A DNA stretch of 64,000 bases from Geosiphon pyriformis uo1. Taxonomy: Eukaryota > Fungi > Glomeromycota. The position numbers and the translations under genes are program-made. The stretch spans positions 211,156-275,155 of the forward strand of contig JAAOMT010000494.1 in the NCBI GenBank assembly GCA_016748015.1, given 5' to 3'. The notes below the pieces were generated by a model. That model was not told the origin of the DNA and did no database searches. It saw only the letters and a list, made by a program, of their open reading frames with translations. Below are positions 14,090 to 26,925 of this stretch, piece after piece; the stretch's first letter is position 1; each line of letters starts with the position of its first letter.

Positions 14090-15465
14090 TAATTAGTCTA
14101 AAGAACGTACTCGAATAAAAAAAGTGTATCATAAAATTTTAGATAAGGCACTTCAAATGTATTATATATAATACATCAAAAAAAAATTTTGTACCGTCCA
14201 GAGTAGAGATTTCAAAATCAACCATTTTTTGGCTACTGCTGTATATCTTCCTTTGGAGTGCCAATAATAGTAATGAAAAGAAAAGTATGATACGAAATTT
14301 AGAGATTGGAAAATAATCTTAATATTTAGATCTAGATATTACGAATCTGAATACTTTAATAAAACAAGGATAAAGTGAATAGTTTTTATGAATATTAAAT
14401 TTAATGAAAATCAAATAGGCTATTGCGATAAGGTTTACCAAAAGAGTTTTAATCAACTTATTATATGATGAAACAATGATTTCCGAAATGATAGAATTAA
14501 TACTTAAAAACATGTAATTTTTGATGATTTATATCTGATTTTGAATGATAACAAATTACACTATTTGAGTACTTTTTCAATAAAACTTTTAATTGGGAAT
14601 TATATAGCTTTTGATATTTGAAAAAGAATTCTGAATGTATTTTAATTTGAATCATTTTTGTGTCTACCTCTTTGTATTGGTAATTTACAATAAACTTTAT
14701 AAGAGATTTTAATTCCTTGCTGTTGAACCAATTTATATATTCCTTTATCAATTTCTCAAAAAATCAAACTTGTGAGAAAAAAAATTTCACTTGACAAAAT
14801 TCAGTAATCGAGAACTCAAAGTTTTTAATTAATAAAGTTGATTACAGCAGCACCATTTATTGAATTCGAAGAAAAGGGTAATGGGATATTGATTTTAATT
14901 ACTTAAAATTGAATAAAGAGCGAAAGTTATTTGCAAAATAATTTGTAAATAATCTTTGTAGATTCAATAAAATGTTTTCATAGAAGGTAATATTCCATAG
15001 CCAATTTTGTAATTTTGTAATTTTCTAACAAAATATAATAATTAATATGTACAAATTTTTACATTATATTATTTTAATAAGTTTAAACTCAATTTCTCAA
15101 TTTTTTTTATTTTTTTTTACACTTTTTGTAAATACCATAAAAATTTTCTTTGAATTTAGAAATTCTATGAAATATTCATAATTGGTATTAAAATTTTACC
15201 TCGTTATATTGAAGAAGGTTTGAAATTTATATCAAGCACTTGAGATCGAAAAAGTAATGCAAGAATGAATTCTGTTTTATTTTTGCACATCCCTAAGTCA
15301 ACGTAAAAAAAAAAATGAAAGTTATTCTCTTTCATTTAAACTTGCAAAATGTATCAAAAAACCGAAATCATTATATACAATGTTTGTACTTGGATAAATG
15401 TGGGAAAAAAGAAAAAAATATATGATCACAAAAAGCTGATCCAAAGATTTTTATCATCTGAAAGA

Positions 15466-16452
15466 TCAAGGCGTGTTTCGAGCGCAAAGGTGAAAAAAGA
15501 ACAGATCGAAGCATTTTTGGGGTATTAATGTCTTTGAAGAATCTCCTTGATATGTTGGTTCGGTGGTTGCTGAAATAACGATTTCTGTATCGCAAATCCT
15601 TGGTGAAGACAATTCTGACAAATTTATAAGTTGAGCATACTCCGTTTCTTTCACCGCGTAGAACCCAAGAAATAAAACGAAAAATAAACATATAATAATA
15701 ACTGTGAAGAATAAAGTATACTCTTTTCTAGTGAAAATATGAAAATTGTCTGGACTCAAAGGAATTTGTGGATTTTTAAGGATTTGTGACTCTAAATATT
15801 CTGAATTATCAGTAAACAAATAAGTTGTCTTCCTTTTTAGCGAGTTGTATTCCCTTAGAAGTATATCATATTTCGTCTCAATATCATCATATTGTTCCAA
15901 AACTTGATGAATATCTTCAATTGGTTCTTCAACGAAACTACTATTTTCTTTTTGCCATCGATCTATATCCCCCATTAGTTGATTGAAAATGTTATCAATG
16001 TTACCATAATATTCGAATGGTGATGGTCCATTTCGGCATGAGCATTGATTAAAAATATCATCATCAATAGATTCAACAAATTTATGGTTATCGTCATCAC
16101 AAATTTGGGGATCAAGATCGAATCGTATTTTTTTGGTTTTTGTTGGCATCTTTGACAATTTTACTTGATAAACTTCATTTGTAGAAATTTGTGTTTCTTC
16201 TTTTGGAAGAAACCTAGTAGTAGATGTAGTGGTTGTGGTAGTGGTAAAAGGATAATTTTCCCCTTCTATTTTGTTTTGATGAAAAGTAGCCAAAAATTGT
16301 TCTTTTGTCTCAAAATTCTTTCTTTTACCCCTGGCATCAAAATTTCCTAGGGCAAGCACGTCAATAGAATGCTTTTTTTCTTCAAATCTTTCATTTCTAG
16401 TGTTTTCAACCGGCCAAGCTTCCTTAACTATTCCAATCTCGAAGGCATTCAT
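15466..16452 (-). CDS. Hypothetical single-pass membrane protein (coiled coil before a C-proximal TM helix)
   Basis: A ~328-codon uninterrupted ORF from ATG 16452 (MNAFEIG...), unlikely by chance in AT-rich DNA. Heptad-like LEQYDDIETKYDILLREYNSLK; TM YTLFFTVIIICLFFVLFLGFYAV. No family recognised. Confidence 0.6.
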   Translation of the reverse strand: MNAFEIGIVKEAWPVENTRNERFEEKKHSIDVLALGNFDARGKRKNFETKEQFLATFHQNKIEGENYPFTTTTTTTSTTRFLPKEETQISTNEVYQVKLSKMPTKTKKIRFDLDPQICDDDNHKFVESIDDDIFNQCSCRNGPSPFEYYGNIDNIFNQLMGDIDRWQKENSSFVEEPIEDIHQVLEQYDDIETKYDILLREYNSLKRKTTYLFTDNSEYLESQILKNPQIPLSPDNFHIFTRKEYTLFFTVIIICLFFVLFLGFYAVKETEYAQLINLSELSSPRICDTEIVISATTEPTYQGDSSKTLIPQKCFDLFFFHLCARNTP

Positions 16453-19400
16453 AATGATAAAATGGAAAAGAAAGATATTAAGAATTACTTTGGTTGTTGA
16501 TCGTCTTTTATAGAGACCTAATTTTAATATGTCCAGGGTTAGATGTGGCATGATGCGAGCGATCGATGCCACCTGATTGGCATTCATCCCACACAAATAA
16601 ATTTCTCTGCCACGATTGCAACATTCCTGTCTCTAGATGGGGAATGTAGAAAAAACAATTGTACAAGGCTTAACTATATAAACCCATCTCAATTGGTTCC
16701 AACCTGTCATAAGGTTACACAATTGTAATATCAAAGTCCATAATAGCTAAGATGATTAGGAAATTTGAGACAAGATCTCATGAACGGCGAAATGACGAAT
16801 AAAAACGTGGTATTTCCCCAATGTGTCGAAAGTACATTTTACTTTCATCTCATGGAATTCGTTGAATTCCTTTTGATTGGAACCAATTACATCATCTGCA
16901 GGTATTCTGTCTCTGAAATGAACTTGTGAATTAAATTTCGAGGCCCAAAACTTTACAAGGCCGCTGTCGTTCTGTGCATTAATCAAGAAAAGTGTTTTTC
17001 AAAATGATTAATCCATTCATATATTGAACGATAAATAAGTACTTTATTTAACCTATTCTTTTGTAGAGATTACAAGTTTTTCAAATATATTTTCACAGTT
17101 TTATAGAACATTGGTCAAATTTGGTAATTGCATTATATTTTAATTTTGGGGAAAATTTTGTATATAAACCTAAAAGTGGTCGTTAATTAAAACAATTGAT
17201 ATTGTTCAGCAAGAAAATATTTTTCAAACTTTGATAAATATATCATTTTCTCGGTTATTTTTGTTTGAAATAATTTATGATTAAAAAGAAAACTTCAAAT
17301 AAATATTTCATTGGTAAAAATTTAAAAATAATTAATATTCATATTTAAATTAGTACCTCTTGATATTAAAATTATAATCAAGTTAATTGAAATGATTCCT
17401 ATTTTTATTTATATATATTTTTTTAAATCGAATTAAATTGCATCAAAATTTTTTTAAAATTTATTTCTTAAAATATCACACTTTAATTTTCAAATAATGG
17501 TTTATTTAAATATGTAAATAACTATATTATTTGAAATATAACTTAAAAAGCTTTAAATTTTGGTTAATTAATTAATCACAATATAATTAATTTTATTATC
17601 ATAATTTATATTTGGTTTGCTATTATTTTTAAGATTTTTTAAGATTTTTTAATTTTATTTTATTAACATAAAGCAATTGACAAATTTTTTTATATGTAAA
17701 AATTATCAATAAATACTTTTATTTTTATAATAAATTTTAAAATATATTACAAATTATAACAATTTTTATTAATTTTAAAAATAAAATATAATTCTTATAA
17801 TTTTAATTGAATATAAAATAAAATAATGCTATACAAATATATCTTTTACAAAACAAGTTAAAGTAAAAATTGAATTTAATACTATTTTTTTTAATAAAGC
17901 TTTTTATTGATATTGTAAATATTTTTATAATATTTTCAAAACTGATTTCAATTTTTGTTTAAATAAAAATATTCACATTACCAAAAATTAATTTGTGGTT
18001 ATTTTAATAAACTACCTTTTTGTTTCTGTTGTCTAAATTAAAAACATATTATTATTTATACTTGAATTAAAACTAATTGCTATTTTAATAGCTAATAAAA
18101 CAAATTAATAAAAAATCTAAAAACAACTTTTTTTTAAAAAAAAAGAAAAACAAGTTAAAAGCAATAATTACAGAATTAAAAACCTTTTTCCGAAAATTTG
18201 TTGTTTTTATAATTTTTAATTGTTTTTTGGTTGTTTTATTTTTTGAGTAATAATAATAATAATAGTTATTATAAAAGTTTTTTAATAGTAAAAATATTAA
18301 AATTTTTTTTAATGTGTTTTTTTTTTTTGAAAAAACTTCAACTAAAGAAAACCCGTAATTTAAAACAGAAAAAATATTTTGTTTAACTGTTTTTACTATC
18401 AAGAAAACGTTTTTAATTACAGTTTTTCAATTATAACAAAACTTATAAATTTTTTTTAATTTAATAATGTTTTATAAAAATAAATTTGTAAAAATAGATA
18501 TTTAATTTTAATTTTTCTTATTTTTTTTTTGCTTTGACAAAGTATAATCTTTTTATTATTTATGTTAAATATATCAAAAATAACTATAAATTTAATTTAT
18601 GCGATTTTAACACTTAACCAGTAAATTATTTTTGCAAAAAAAAAAAATTTATTTAATAAATTTGTTATTAATTTTATTATTTTTAGTTTTTATTTCTAAT
18701 TATAATTTTTTTTTTTATGTTTAAATTTTGGTTTGGTTTTTTAAAAACTTTATTATTATTTGTTAATTTATTTGTAATTTTTAATTCAAGATAAATAAAT
18801 TTTTACAAAAATATTTAAATATAATAATTTAATTAGAAATGCTTTAACAAAAACTTAATAACAATAATATAAAATAAAAAACAGAAATTAAATAAATTAT
18901 TTAAATTTGTTTAAAATATTTTTCTTTATCAAATATTTTTTTTTTAAAAAATTAATATTTTTTGCAAAACAATAATACTTAATTTTAATTTATAATTAAA
19001 TTTAAAATTTTAAACAAACAAGATAATTATTAAAAAAAGCAATTCATAATTATTTAATTTAAAAACTGATAAAAACTTAAAAAAACTTTTTATATATAGT
19101 ATAGTTTTAATGTTTTTTTTGTATTAAAACAAAAAAAAATATATTTTATATATGAATATTTTTTGATTTATTTTTATTTAATAATAAAAATACAATTATT
19201 AAAAATACAACAAAAATTTTATTAATTAATCTGTTTTTAAAAAATTTATTTATTAATTCTAATAAACTTATTTAAATTCAATTATTAATTCAGTTCAAAT
19301 TTTTGACAATTCTAAATTAGCAAAATTTCAAGTTTAAAAATATTTATTAACTTATATTTAATAATCAAAAAATAAAACCGCAATTTTAATTCTGTTATTA

Positions 19401-19835
19401 AAATTTTTAATCTAAAAATTGCAATAAAATAAAAAACAAATAATATATTGTTAAAATTTATCAGTATCATCATGTTATATTTAATATTATATACTTAAAT
19501 TTTATTTAACATTATGCATATTTATTGTATATATGTATTGTGTAAATATTATATAATGTTATAATAATATGGTATTACACATTTGCTAACATATTTATAT
19601 AATAGTAAAAATAATTTTTTTTTAAATATTGACAGTCAAAATCTGATAATATTTCGCTTGATCAGTACTCACTTAGTCATATGATTTATAGTTTTTAGAC
19701 TAGGGTTGATCTTTGGTTTTTTAAACAGAAGCCAAAAAAATCAAAATAGCAAATGATTTAATTAATCTAACACTATACCCTCTTAATATAATTAAATCTA
19801 AATCTTAATTTTATTACCCAACATAGAGTTTTCAA

Positions 19836-20665
19836 TTAGATAAATGTTCTACCAACCCCACGACACCTTAAACATATCCCAGTACTGAAAAATGATGAAG
19901 ATTGACCAGAACCTGAGTAAAAGAAATAAAAATTGTGAATTAGAATATTTGCAATTAATCCTTTAAAAGTGGTGATAAACACAAACCTTGACAGGTAGCA
20001 CATAATAAACCACCAATTGAGGCATCACCAGGTTTCACTAGGATCACATTATTCCTAGAATTGTTAAGCACTGTAGAGCTTCCTCCAGGGTATAATTGTA
20101 AGGAGATACCGTCAGTATTGTTATAACAAGGCCTGACACTCTGGGCTGGATGTCGCGTATGTGGTCGACTGTGTTGATTATGACTCACCGATGAACAATA
20201 ATAATTAGAATGGCCACCACCCCGATATAATTGTAACGTTGATGCAGGGCCAAATAACTCCCAACACTTTCGACAGGGTTTCCCAGGTTTTTTATACCCT
20301 GAATTCTGACATTTAGAGCATATGTACCCAGAGGGGTATCGTAATTGAGTTGCTAAAAAGCTATTAGGCATTTGCGAATTATAAGAAGCTGCATGACCGT
20401 GATAATATGGTTGATGCAGAGGGGTGGGTTGTGGATTTTGATGATAATACATTGATTGAGGGGTATTTGGGCGTTGTTGTGTTTGTTGTGAAACTTCCCC
20501 GAGTTGTTGTTGTGAGCGACCCCAAGGGCGTTGCGGTCCAAAACCTATAGATTGCTCACCTTGTGTTGGATATGGACTGTAAGCTGGCGATGGTTCTTCA
20601 TTGATTATGTCTTGAACTAAATTGCTTGTTCGTGAGCCCGAGTCTGTTGCGATTGGCACTTGCAT
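19836..20665 (-). CDS. HUA1: Proline-rich protein Hua1-like with DnaJ-type CxxCxGxG zinc fingers; 2 exons
   Basis: YPSGYICSKCQNSGYK..PCRKCWELF and VKPGDASIGGLLCATCQG; exon 2 adds SG...ICLRCRGVGRTFI* (stop at 19836). This matches the fungal Hua1 pattern. Confidence 0.85.
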
Positions 20666-20818
20666 AGATTGAAGAAGTATTCAAGTATATATTATTAGGG
20701 TTTATATTTATTGTTGTTAGTCAAAACTGCAATTGGGGTTTTTGAAAGAGGCTTCCAATGCGATACATTAGGTTATACTGCAGGCTGGCACAATGTTAAT
20801 TTATACATTTATGCAATT

Positions 20819-20826
20819 TCACGTGA
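20819..20826. promoter_or_regulatory. Palindromic E-box TCACGTGA (bHLH/Cbf1-type site) ~155 bp upstream of the HUA1 ATG
   Basis: Exact 8-bp palindrome in the putative promoter; function is inferred only. Confidence 0.3.
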
Positions 20827-21488
20827 TAGACTAAAGTTAGGATTTAGCTTTTAAGGAGTCACATGTATAAATGATAACAGACATAAAAAGATGTTGATAT
20901 TATTATAATAATTGGTCCAAAAAGATATTACTTCAGTCAATAAATCAATCAATGAATCGCTTTCAGATAAAGGATTGTTTATTGTACAAAGTGTTTCTAT
21001 GCTACAGATATGCTTGGTTAACAGCCATAGACTAGCTCATCCTTTAGCGGGCGCTAAAAATTTGGTAATATTTCAAAAGGTCAGTGCCGATCTTCAATTT
21101 GGCAATGCGCTTTTTCCCATGGTTTCCTGGGATTTACTCTGTGATAAATTAAGTCACCCAACATCACACCACCAATTTCCACCCCCTCATTACTCTCAAT
21201 GAAAAAATCTAAGCAAAAAAACTAATATCACCTGAGAGAAATCTACACCCACCGATCAACTTCCTTAGCTAAAAAGCAAATTCTTGGACACAATAAAGAG
21301 CGAGGCAAGATAAATGCCTCCCAAATTCGTCAACCAATCGCTTTCCGCTGTTGCTCGAAAAGAGTAGAGAGAATTAAAAATGCAAGGCTCCACATTTTTG
21401 ATGCCAAAATTGTTCGTTGGATATAAATGATAATATAACCAAAAAAATTTTGGTCTTTAAAAGTGATAACCTGCTGTCGAGCCTTCAT

Positions 21489-22799
21489 TCAGCTATCATC
21501 TTGAATAAACGTGGAGAGTTGCCAACTCGCGAACACCTGGAGAAAGTTTTGATCGCAACACACGAATGTTTGATGATTGCTTCTGGGGATATAAGAATTA
21601 GGAGCCTGTGCAATCATGTTGGATATACCTTGTTGCCTGTTCGCTTGTTGAGCGATGCGTCATCCTGTAAATAGTCACGAACTACAGTTGCTTGCCGGAC
21701 AATTCGTTCGATTCCTGACTCACTCGGAAGACTATAAAAATCTTGTAATTTTTTTTTTAAATTTAATGTCTTTTACGACTTTTAATTCTAAAACACTTCT
21801 GTTTTTTTCAATATAGGTACTTACATAGTATAGCACTGTTGATTTCATCTGCCAATCTATCCCGATGATCCTGTGCTAGAAAAGCACCGACTGGAGAAGT
21901 TTCAGGTTCAAGATATGCGATCAAAGCAGCTATTTCTTCGATTTCTTTGAGGTATTTCTGTTCATTGAGCTTGTCTTTTAATGGAAACTCGGTTAGAACT
22001 GATTGGGCGAAAGTTAATGCTTCATTAGCGTCTCCTCCACGGATAAACTCCACAAATTGTTGGCATTGAAGTTTAAAACACATCTCAATTGATCTTGGTG
22101 TTGTTATATCATCATCCAGATCTGCGGAAATGACGCGTGGAAAAGTCGCTTGGCATAGTAATATCGCACCATGTATATCTCCTGATATTATGAGGTCGCG
22201 GATTTCTGAATCGCATAATAAAAAAGGTCTAGCTTAGTAAATATTGAAAAGACCCTTTTTCCATTTAAAAATAAAAAAGATGCATCATTTCTCAAGATTT
22301 TTGTGATCAAGATAGAAAGTAGAAATTTTAACGCACGTTTCCTCGCGTCCAAACTTTTTAGGGCAATCGATGTCGCGTCATAAACAATGGCATCAGATTC
22401 CTTACTACCAAGTATTTTTAGTGAACTTGCTGCCTTGCTATCACCATTGGTCAAGGGACAGTCAACATGCATTGGATCATCACCGTTCAAGTCAACCATT
22501 TCTGAATCACCTTCTACGTCTATTTCGTCGGACATTTCCATAGGAATCGCTGAGGTGACAAAACCATTGCCATTATGTGACCCATTGGTTTTTGTACCAT
22601 TTTTACTAATACCATTTGTAGGGTTCGGTGTTGTATCTATGTTTTTGTTGAGCAACTCTTCACGGTCTTTCAAGAAAGCTTTTGCGGTTTCACCATAACA
22701 ATTGTAAACCAAATAGTCAAGAACCAAATGACACACCGTTGAGTCATCAGGAGTATCTGCACCTGGGTAAACTTCCGCATGGGCATCCATGGGTGGCAT
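21489..22799 (-). CDS. LisH-CTLH-CRA domain protein (GID/CTLH E3 ligase subunit-like; Gid8/TWA1 or RanBPM C-terminus-like)
   Basis: LisH HLVLDYLVYNCYGETAKAF; CTLH FKLQCQQFVEFIR; CRA EALTFAQ..IAALIAY..PETSPV..RDRLADEINSAIL..LPSESGIERIVRQ. The last exon is probably VFASWQLSTFIQDDS*, but its acceptor is ambiguous. Confidence 0.85.
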
Positions 22800-23088
22800 A
22801 AGGGAATCAAATAAAAAGACGAACTTTTGTTTATAAAGGTGGATTTTGTGTTTTGATAGGAATAAATGGGAACTACTCTTTCAGGTGAAAGTGTAAATAA
22901 AGTTGGAATGTTGGATGTCAATCTAAGTGCACTTGTGTAACTTCCCAACTTGAGAAAGATATCATATGTCAAATCTCACTTGATCACACCAATGACGTAT
23001 TATGTCTAAATACTATGTCCCTATTATTAACCTTTATATTTTTCCATTCCCAAGTTAGTGATTGAAACGCTTGGGAATCTAATAAAAC

Positions 23089-25261
23089 ATGAATATGGAC
23101 GTACCTTTGAAAAAAACCCCAGCTACAATTCCGGACCGTGACCAGCTCGAAAAACTCATAAAAGAAACAAAACAATTAAAACAAAAAGTTGACGCGTTAG
23201 AAAAAGAAAACATGTTACTCAAGAAATCCATTCATGATTTATCGGTTACCTATAGTGTAGCACACCATCAAAAATTAAGCCCCTTTATGCTTGATTTCGA
23301 GGAACCACTTCAAGAAAATGACAACGTAGGAGGGGGAGGCTCTATTGGGAATAGTAACGGGGTAGCCGGAAAAGAAATTAATTTGGAAAATTCTTCAAGT
23401 ATGATGTGCCAAAACATCGTGGATTTCATTATTTGACCAATTAAGTCTGATTGGTGTTTCTCGTGGCCTTATTTTAGGTAATAATACACGTGATAAGCAT
23501 CGTGAAGGGCGAACCTTTCACCTAAAATCAGAATTCAAGGTTAGGTATATTGATTGTGAACCTGATCTTTTTTGTGTCTTTATATTCCTTTGGTATTTAC
23601 CATTTTATCTAATACCCAGGGTCATGTAGGAGCTGTATACGCAGTACATTTTTCACCATGCGGGAAAATGCTCGCATCAGGATCTTTCGATAAAACCGTC
23701 CGGATATGGGATACCATAGCTTTACAAAAAGAGGTTTCGTATGATTCTTTAAATCCTTATTCCAATTAGGTATTACTTACTATGATAAATATTAATTCTT
23801 AGACTGCTTGCTTGAAAGGCCATTCCCTTAACGTCTCGGATGTCTGTTGGTCCAATGATTCTACTGCTTTACTATCAGGCGCATATGACCAGACTTGTAA
23901 AGTTTGGGATATAGAATCGAATAAGTACTCATGTTCTTTTGAAATTGAAGGATTCGTTCAGTGTGTCATGTTTGATCCTCAAGGTATTGGGAGTTGAAAT
24001 TTGAAATTTGAATTGTATAGCCTCATCAAACTGCAATTAATTAATAGATAATAATATATTTGCGAGTGGTACTTCACGCAAAGTATTGGCTATTTTCGAT
24101 ATTCGGAGTCAGGATGCCACCTTGATAATAAAAAATTATGGAATGATCAATTCCCTTTATGTTTGTGGCGATGGACAAACTATTATTACGGGTGATTCGT
24201 TGGGCTATATAAAAACATGGGATATCAGAGCGGGTATGAGGTTTGATTTCAATTGATGAGTTATATTATCTCATCGAAACCTCGTTGTTTTTAAACGGAA
24301 TTTCTGACCTTAGGAAATTCATTTCAGTCTAATTCTAACGAGCCAACTAAAAAGCCAATATCCCATATATCGGTCACTCGGAAAAGTCCAAGTAATGAAA
24401 TTTTGGAGATTTTGTACATCCAATTACAATTCTGACTAACAAACCATACTACTTGAATTGCATAAATTTAACATAGATGGGGATGAAGAACCTCGGCATA
24501 TGGCGGTGAATAGCTATGATAATGGCATGTTATATGTTTGACTAGACTTTGAAATATAAGCATCGCTAACTCTTATAATATTCCTCAAATAGTAATACGT
24601 GTATATGATCGCGGGTTTCAACCCCCCAAAACGCCGCTGCGTTTACAGCATGCCCTAAAAGGCTACAAAAATAAAGGCTGGCCTATTAAAAGTTCTTTTT
24701 TCCTGGGAAAAGAATGTTAGTCTAATTTACAGGACGAATAATTGAAATCCATATCTTTTACCTAAAATATTTGACTCCCAATAGATGAAATTTCAACGGG
24801 CCGTCGTTCGACCCACCATAAAGAAATATATGAAAATGGCGAATCGCGAGCAGACGTCGATGATACAGCCATGTGAGCATGTTTAAAATTTTCTTCATGA
24901 CCTTTTACTAGTTTCACTAATCCTCATCTGCGTTTCCTCCAAAAAATAAGCTTGGAGAAAGACAAACCACTTGAAGAAAATTTATTGCTAGCTACTGGCA
25001 GTGCCGATCCATATGCTTATCTATATAATGTTGGGGGGCCAGAGGTAATAATGATTTCGCTCTAGAATATTGTTGAGCTTATATTTAATATGTTGCTTTA
25101 TTCTGCAGGGTACGGGTGAGTTGATACAGAGGCTTGAAGGCCATACTGATTTTGTATACGCTGTTGACTTTCATCCCATCGAGCCGATCTTGGCGACTTG
25201 TTCGGCTGATTGTACAATAAAAATTTGGGCGCCAAATGGACGTGGGAAGAAGAAAAATTAA
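23089..25261 (+). CDS. WD40-repeat protein with N-terminal coiled coil; multi-exon
   Basis: [54 protein letters not shown] and [24 protein letters not shown]-terminal heptads [22 protein letters not shown]. Confidence 0.9.
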
Positions 25262-25385
25262 TCAATGTGATGAAATGCCAAGAGGTTGCCGCGATCCTTG
25301 TGTTTTATATTGCGCTTCTTTATGTGCATAAAGTATGCATCTCTGTTGAATCACGTGGCTACACCTTTCAACCTTGAAATATATA

Positions 25386-26668
25386 CAGTTGCTCACAGAA
25401 GAAACTGAACACGAAAAAATGGGAGATTCGAATATCTCGTCATTGAAAAATTGTAAGTGGCAAAAAGTGAATAAAATACATTCGTTAAAATGATAAATAT
25501 CTTTTAATGCAGTTTTTATTTCCGCTATTATTTAAATAAAAATTTTGACCAATTTGGAAAATAATATTTCAAGACGAGTTTCTTATTAAATAAGTGTCAG
25601 AAAGACAGATTACATATTACAAAATTAAGACTTATGATCTGTATTTCCACCTCTTGCTTCTATCACCTTCCTAACCCTTTTTGGCATCGAGTCGATTAAC
25701 CTTTCACGAAAATTGATTTCGATCTAATTTTCGCGAAACCAAATTTTCGGTTTTTCTGGAAAAAATTTTGGCCCTTCTCCAGCATTGTCTCTAAGAGCAA
25801 ATCTAATAGATTTTCATTGAATATATCAACACAGTCATGCCCATTCACTTTGCCGTCAATTTTTCAGAACCACCACCAAATTTTACAGTTGGCAATCTCA
25901 CCGACAGTTTCGTCCATCTTACCCGAATAACTGGTACTTGGTTTCATCGACCAGACTCATCGCCAGTAATCAACCATAAAATTTCGGTATTTTTTTGCCC
26001 AAGCGAGTTTGTGTTTTTTGTGCGTAGGTGTGAGCCGTGGTTTTTTGCGTTTAATTCTGGGACATAATCAATGCTCTCGGAATATACACTGCGCGCGTTC
26101 CACTGATAAATGGACTCTTAGGTAAATTTAGAGTTGGTGTTGGACTTGAACAGTGGTGGAACATTTTCCGGATGTTATTAATCAAACGACATTTCGTTTA
26201 TAACGATTCGAAAGAGTGGATGGGTGACCAGGTTTTGGTTTGTCATTAAAGCTTCCAGTTTCTTTTTTATTTTTGCAAATGTTTAAACCTGAAGATAGGG
26301 CTACCTGGTTTGATGCAGATTGTGCTTGTATCATTCTCGCAGCACATATATTCGAGAGCGGTTTTCTTGTGAAATACGAGGCATTGAAATAAAAAAAAAT
26401 TGGTTAAAAATCTTGGTGAGATGAAAAAATTTATTTTATTTACAGTTAGTGAACTTTTTAAAGCAGTTTTCTTCATTGACTGATTTGGTTATAATTAACT
26501 GAATGCAATAAAAATTTTCATTATTTTTATTTAAATAATAGCGAAGAATAAAACTGTATTAAATGATATTTTCATTTTAACGAATGTATTTTATTTACTT
26601 TGGCTGCGTAAAATTCTTCACTCGCGAGACATTCGAATTCGCCATTTTTTTTCGCGTTCAGTTTCACT
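25386..26668 (-). mobile_element. Decayed Tc1/mariner DNA transposon with long (~145 bp) terminal inverted repeats; transposase pseudogene at about 25625-26384
   Basis: About 25400-25543 is an imperfect reverse complement of about 26522-26665; the left end reads TA|CAGT. Minus-strand remnants KETGSFNDKPKPGHP, LAWAKKYRN..WSDETK..FG.DGR, PTVKFGGGS and LIDSMPKRVRKVIEARGG, with stops, frameshifts and an internal deletion. Confidence 0.88.
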
Positions 26669-26925
26669 GAATGAAATTTTCTGACGCAATTATCATGATA
26701 ATCATCATTTGATCTTTAGAACAATAGCCAAGAAACTTTAAACTGGATAATAATCTGAGAGCACTCAGTTTTTTTACGTTTTTAAAATAACACAACTCAA
26801 TTACAGAGGGTTGAATTATTGTTCATTGCAAAATTTATTTTTCGTTAATATGGATAGTTTTTTCAATTAGTAAAGCCCTTTTATAATTTTTCAAATTTAA
26901 AAATTTTGAACCACTTTTTACTGTA

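Noticed and set aside
14319-14751. Two short minus-strand ORFs, possible relic
   Set aside because: No identifiable motif; cannot be separated from AT-rich noise.
23089-23300. Striatin assignment for the coiled-coil WD40 protein
   Set aside because: It lacks the striatin N-terminal signature and the protein is too short.
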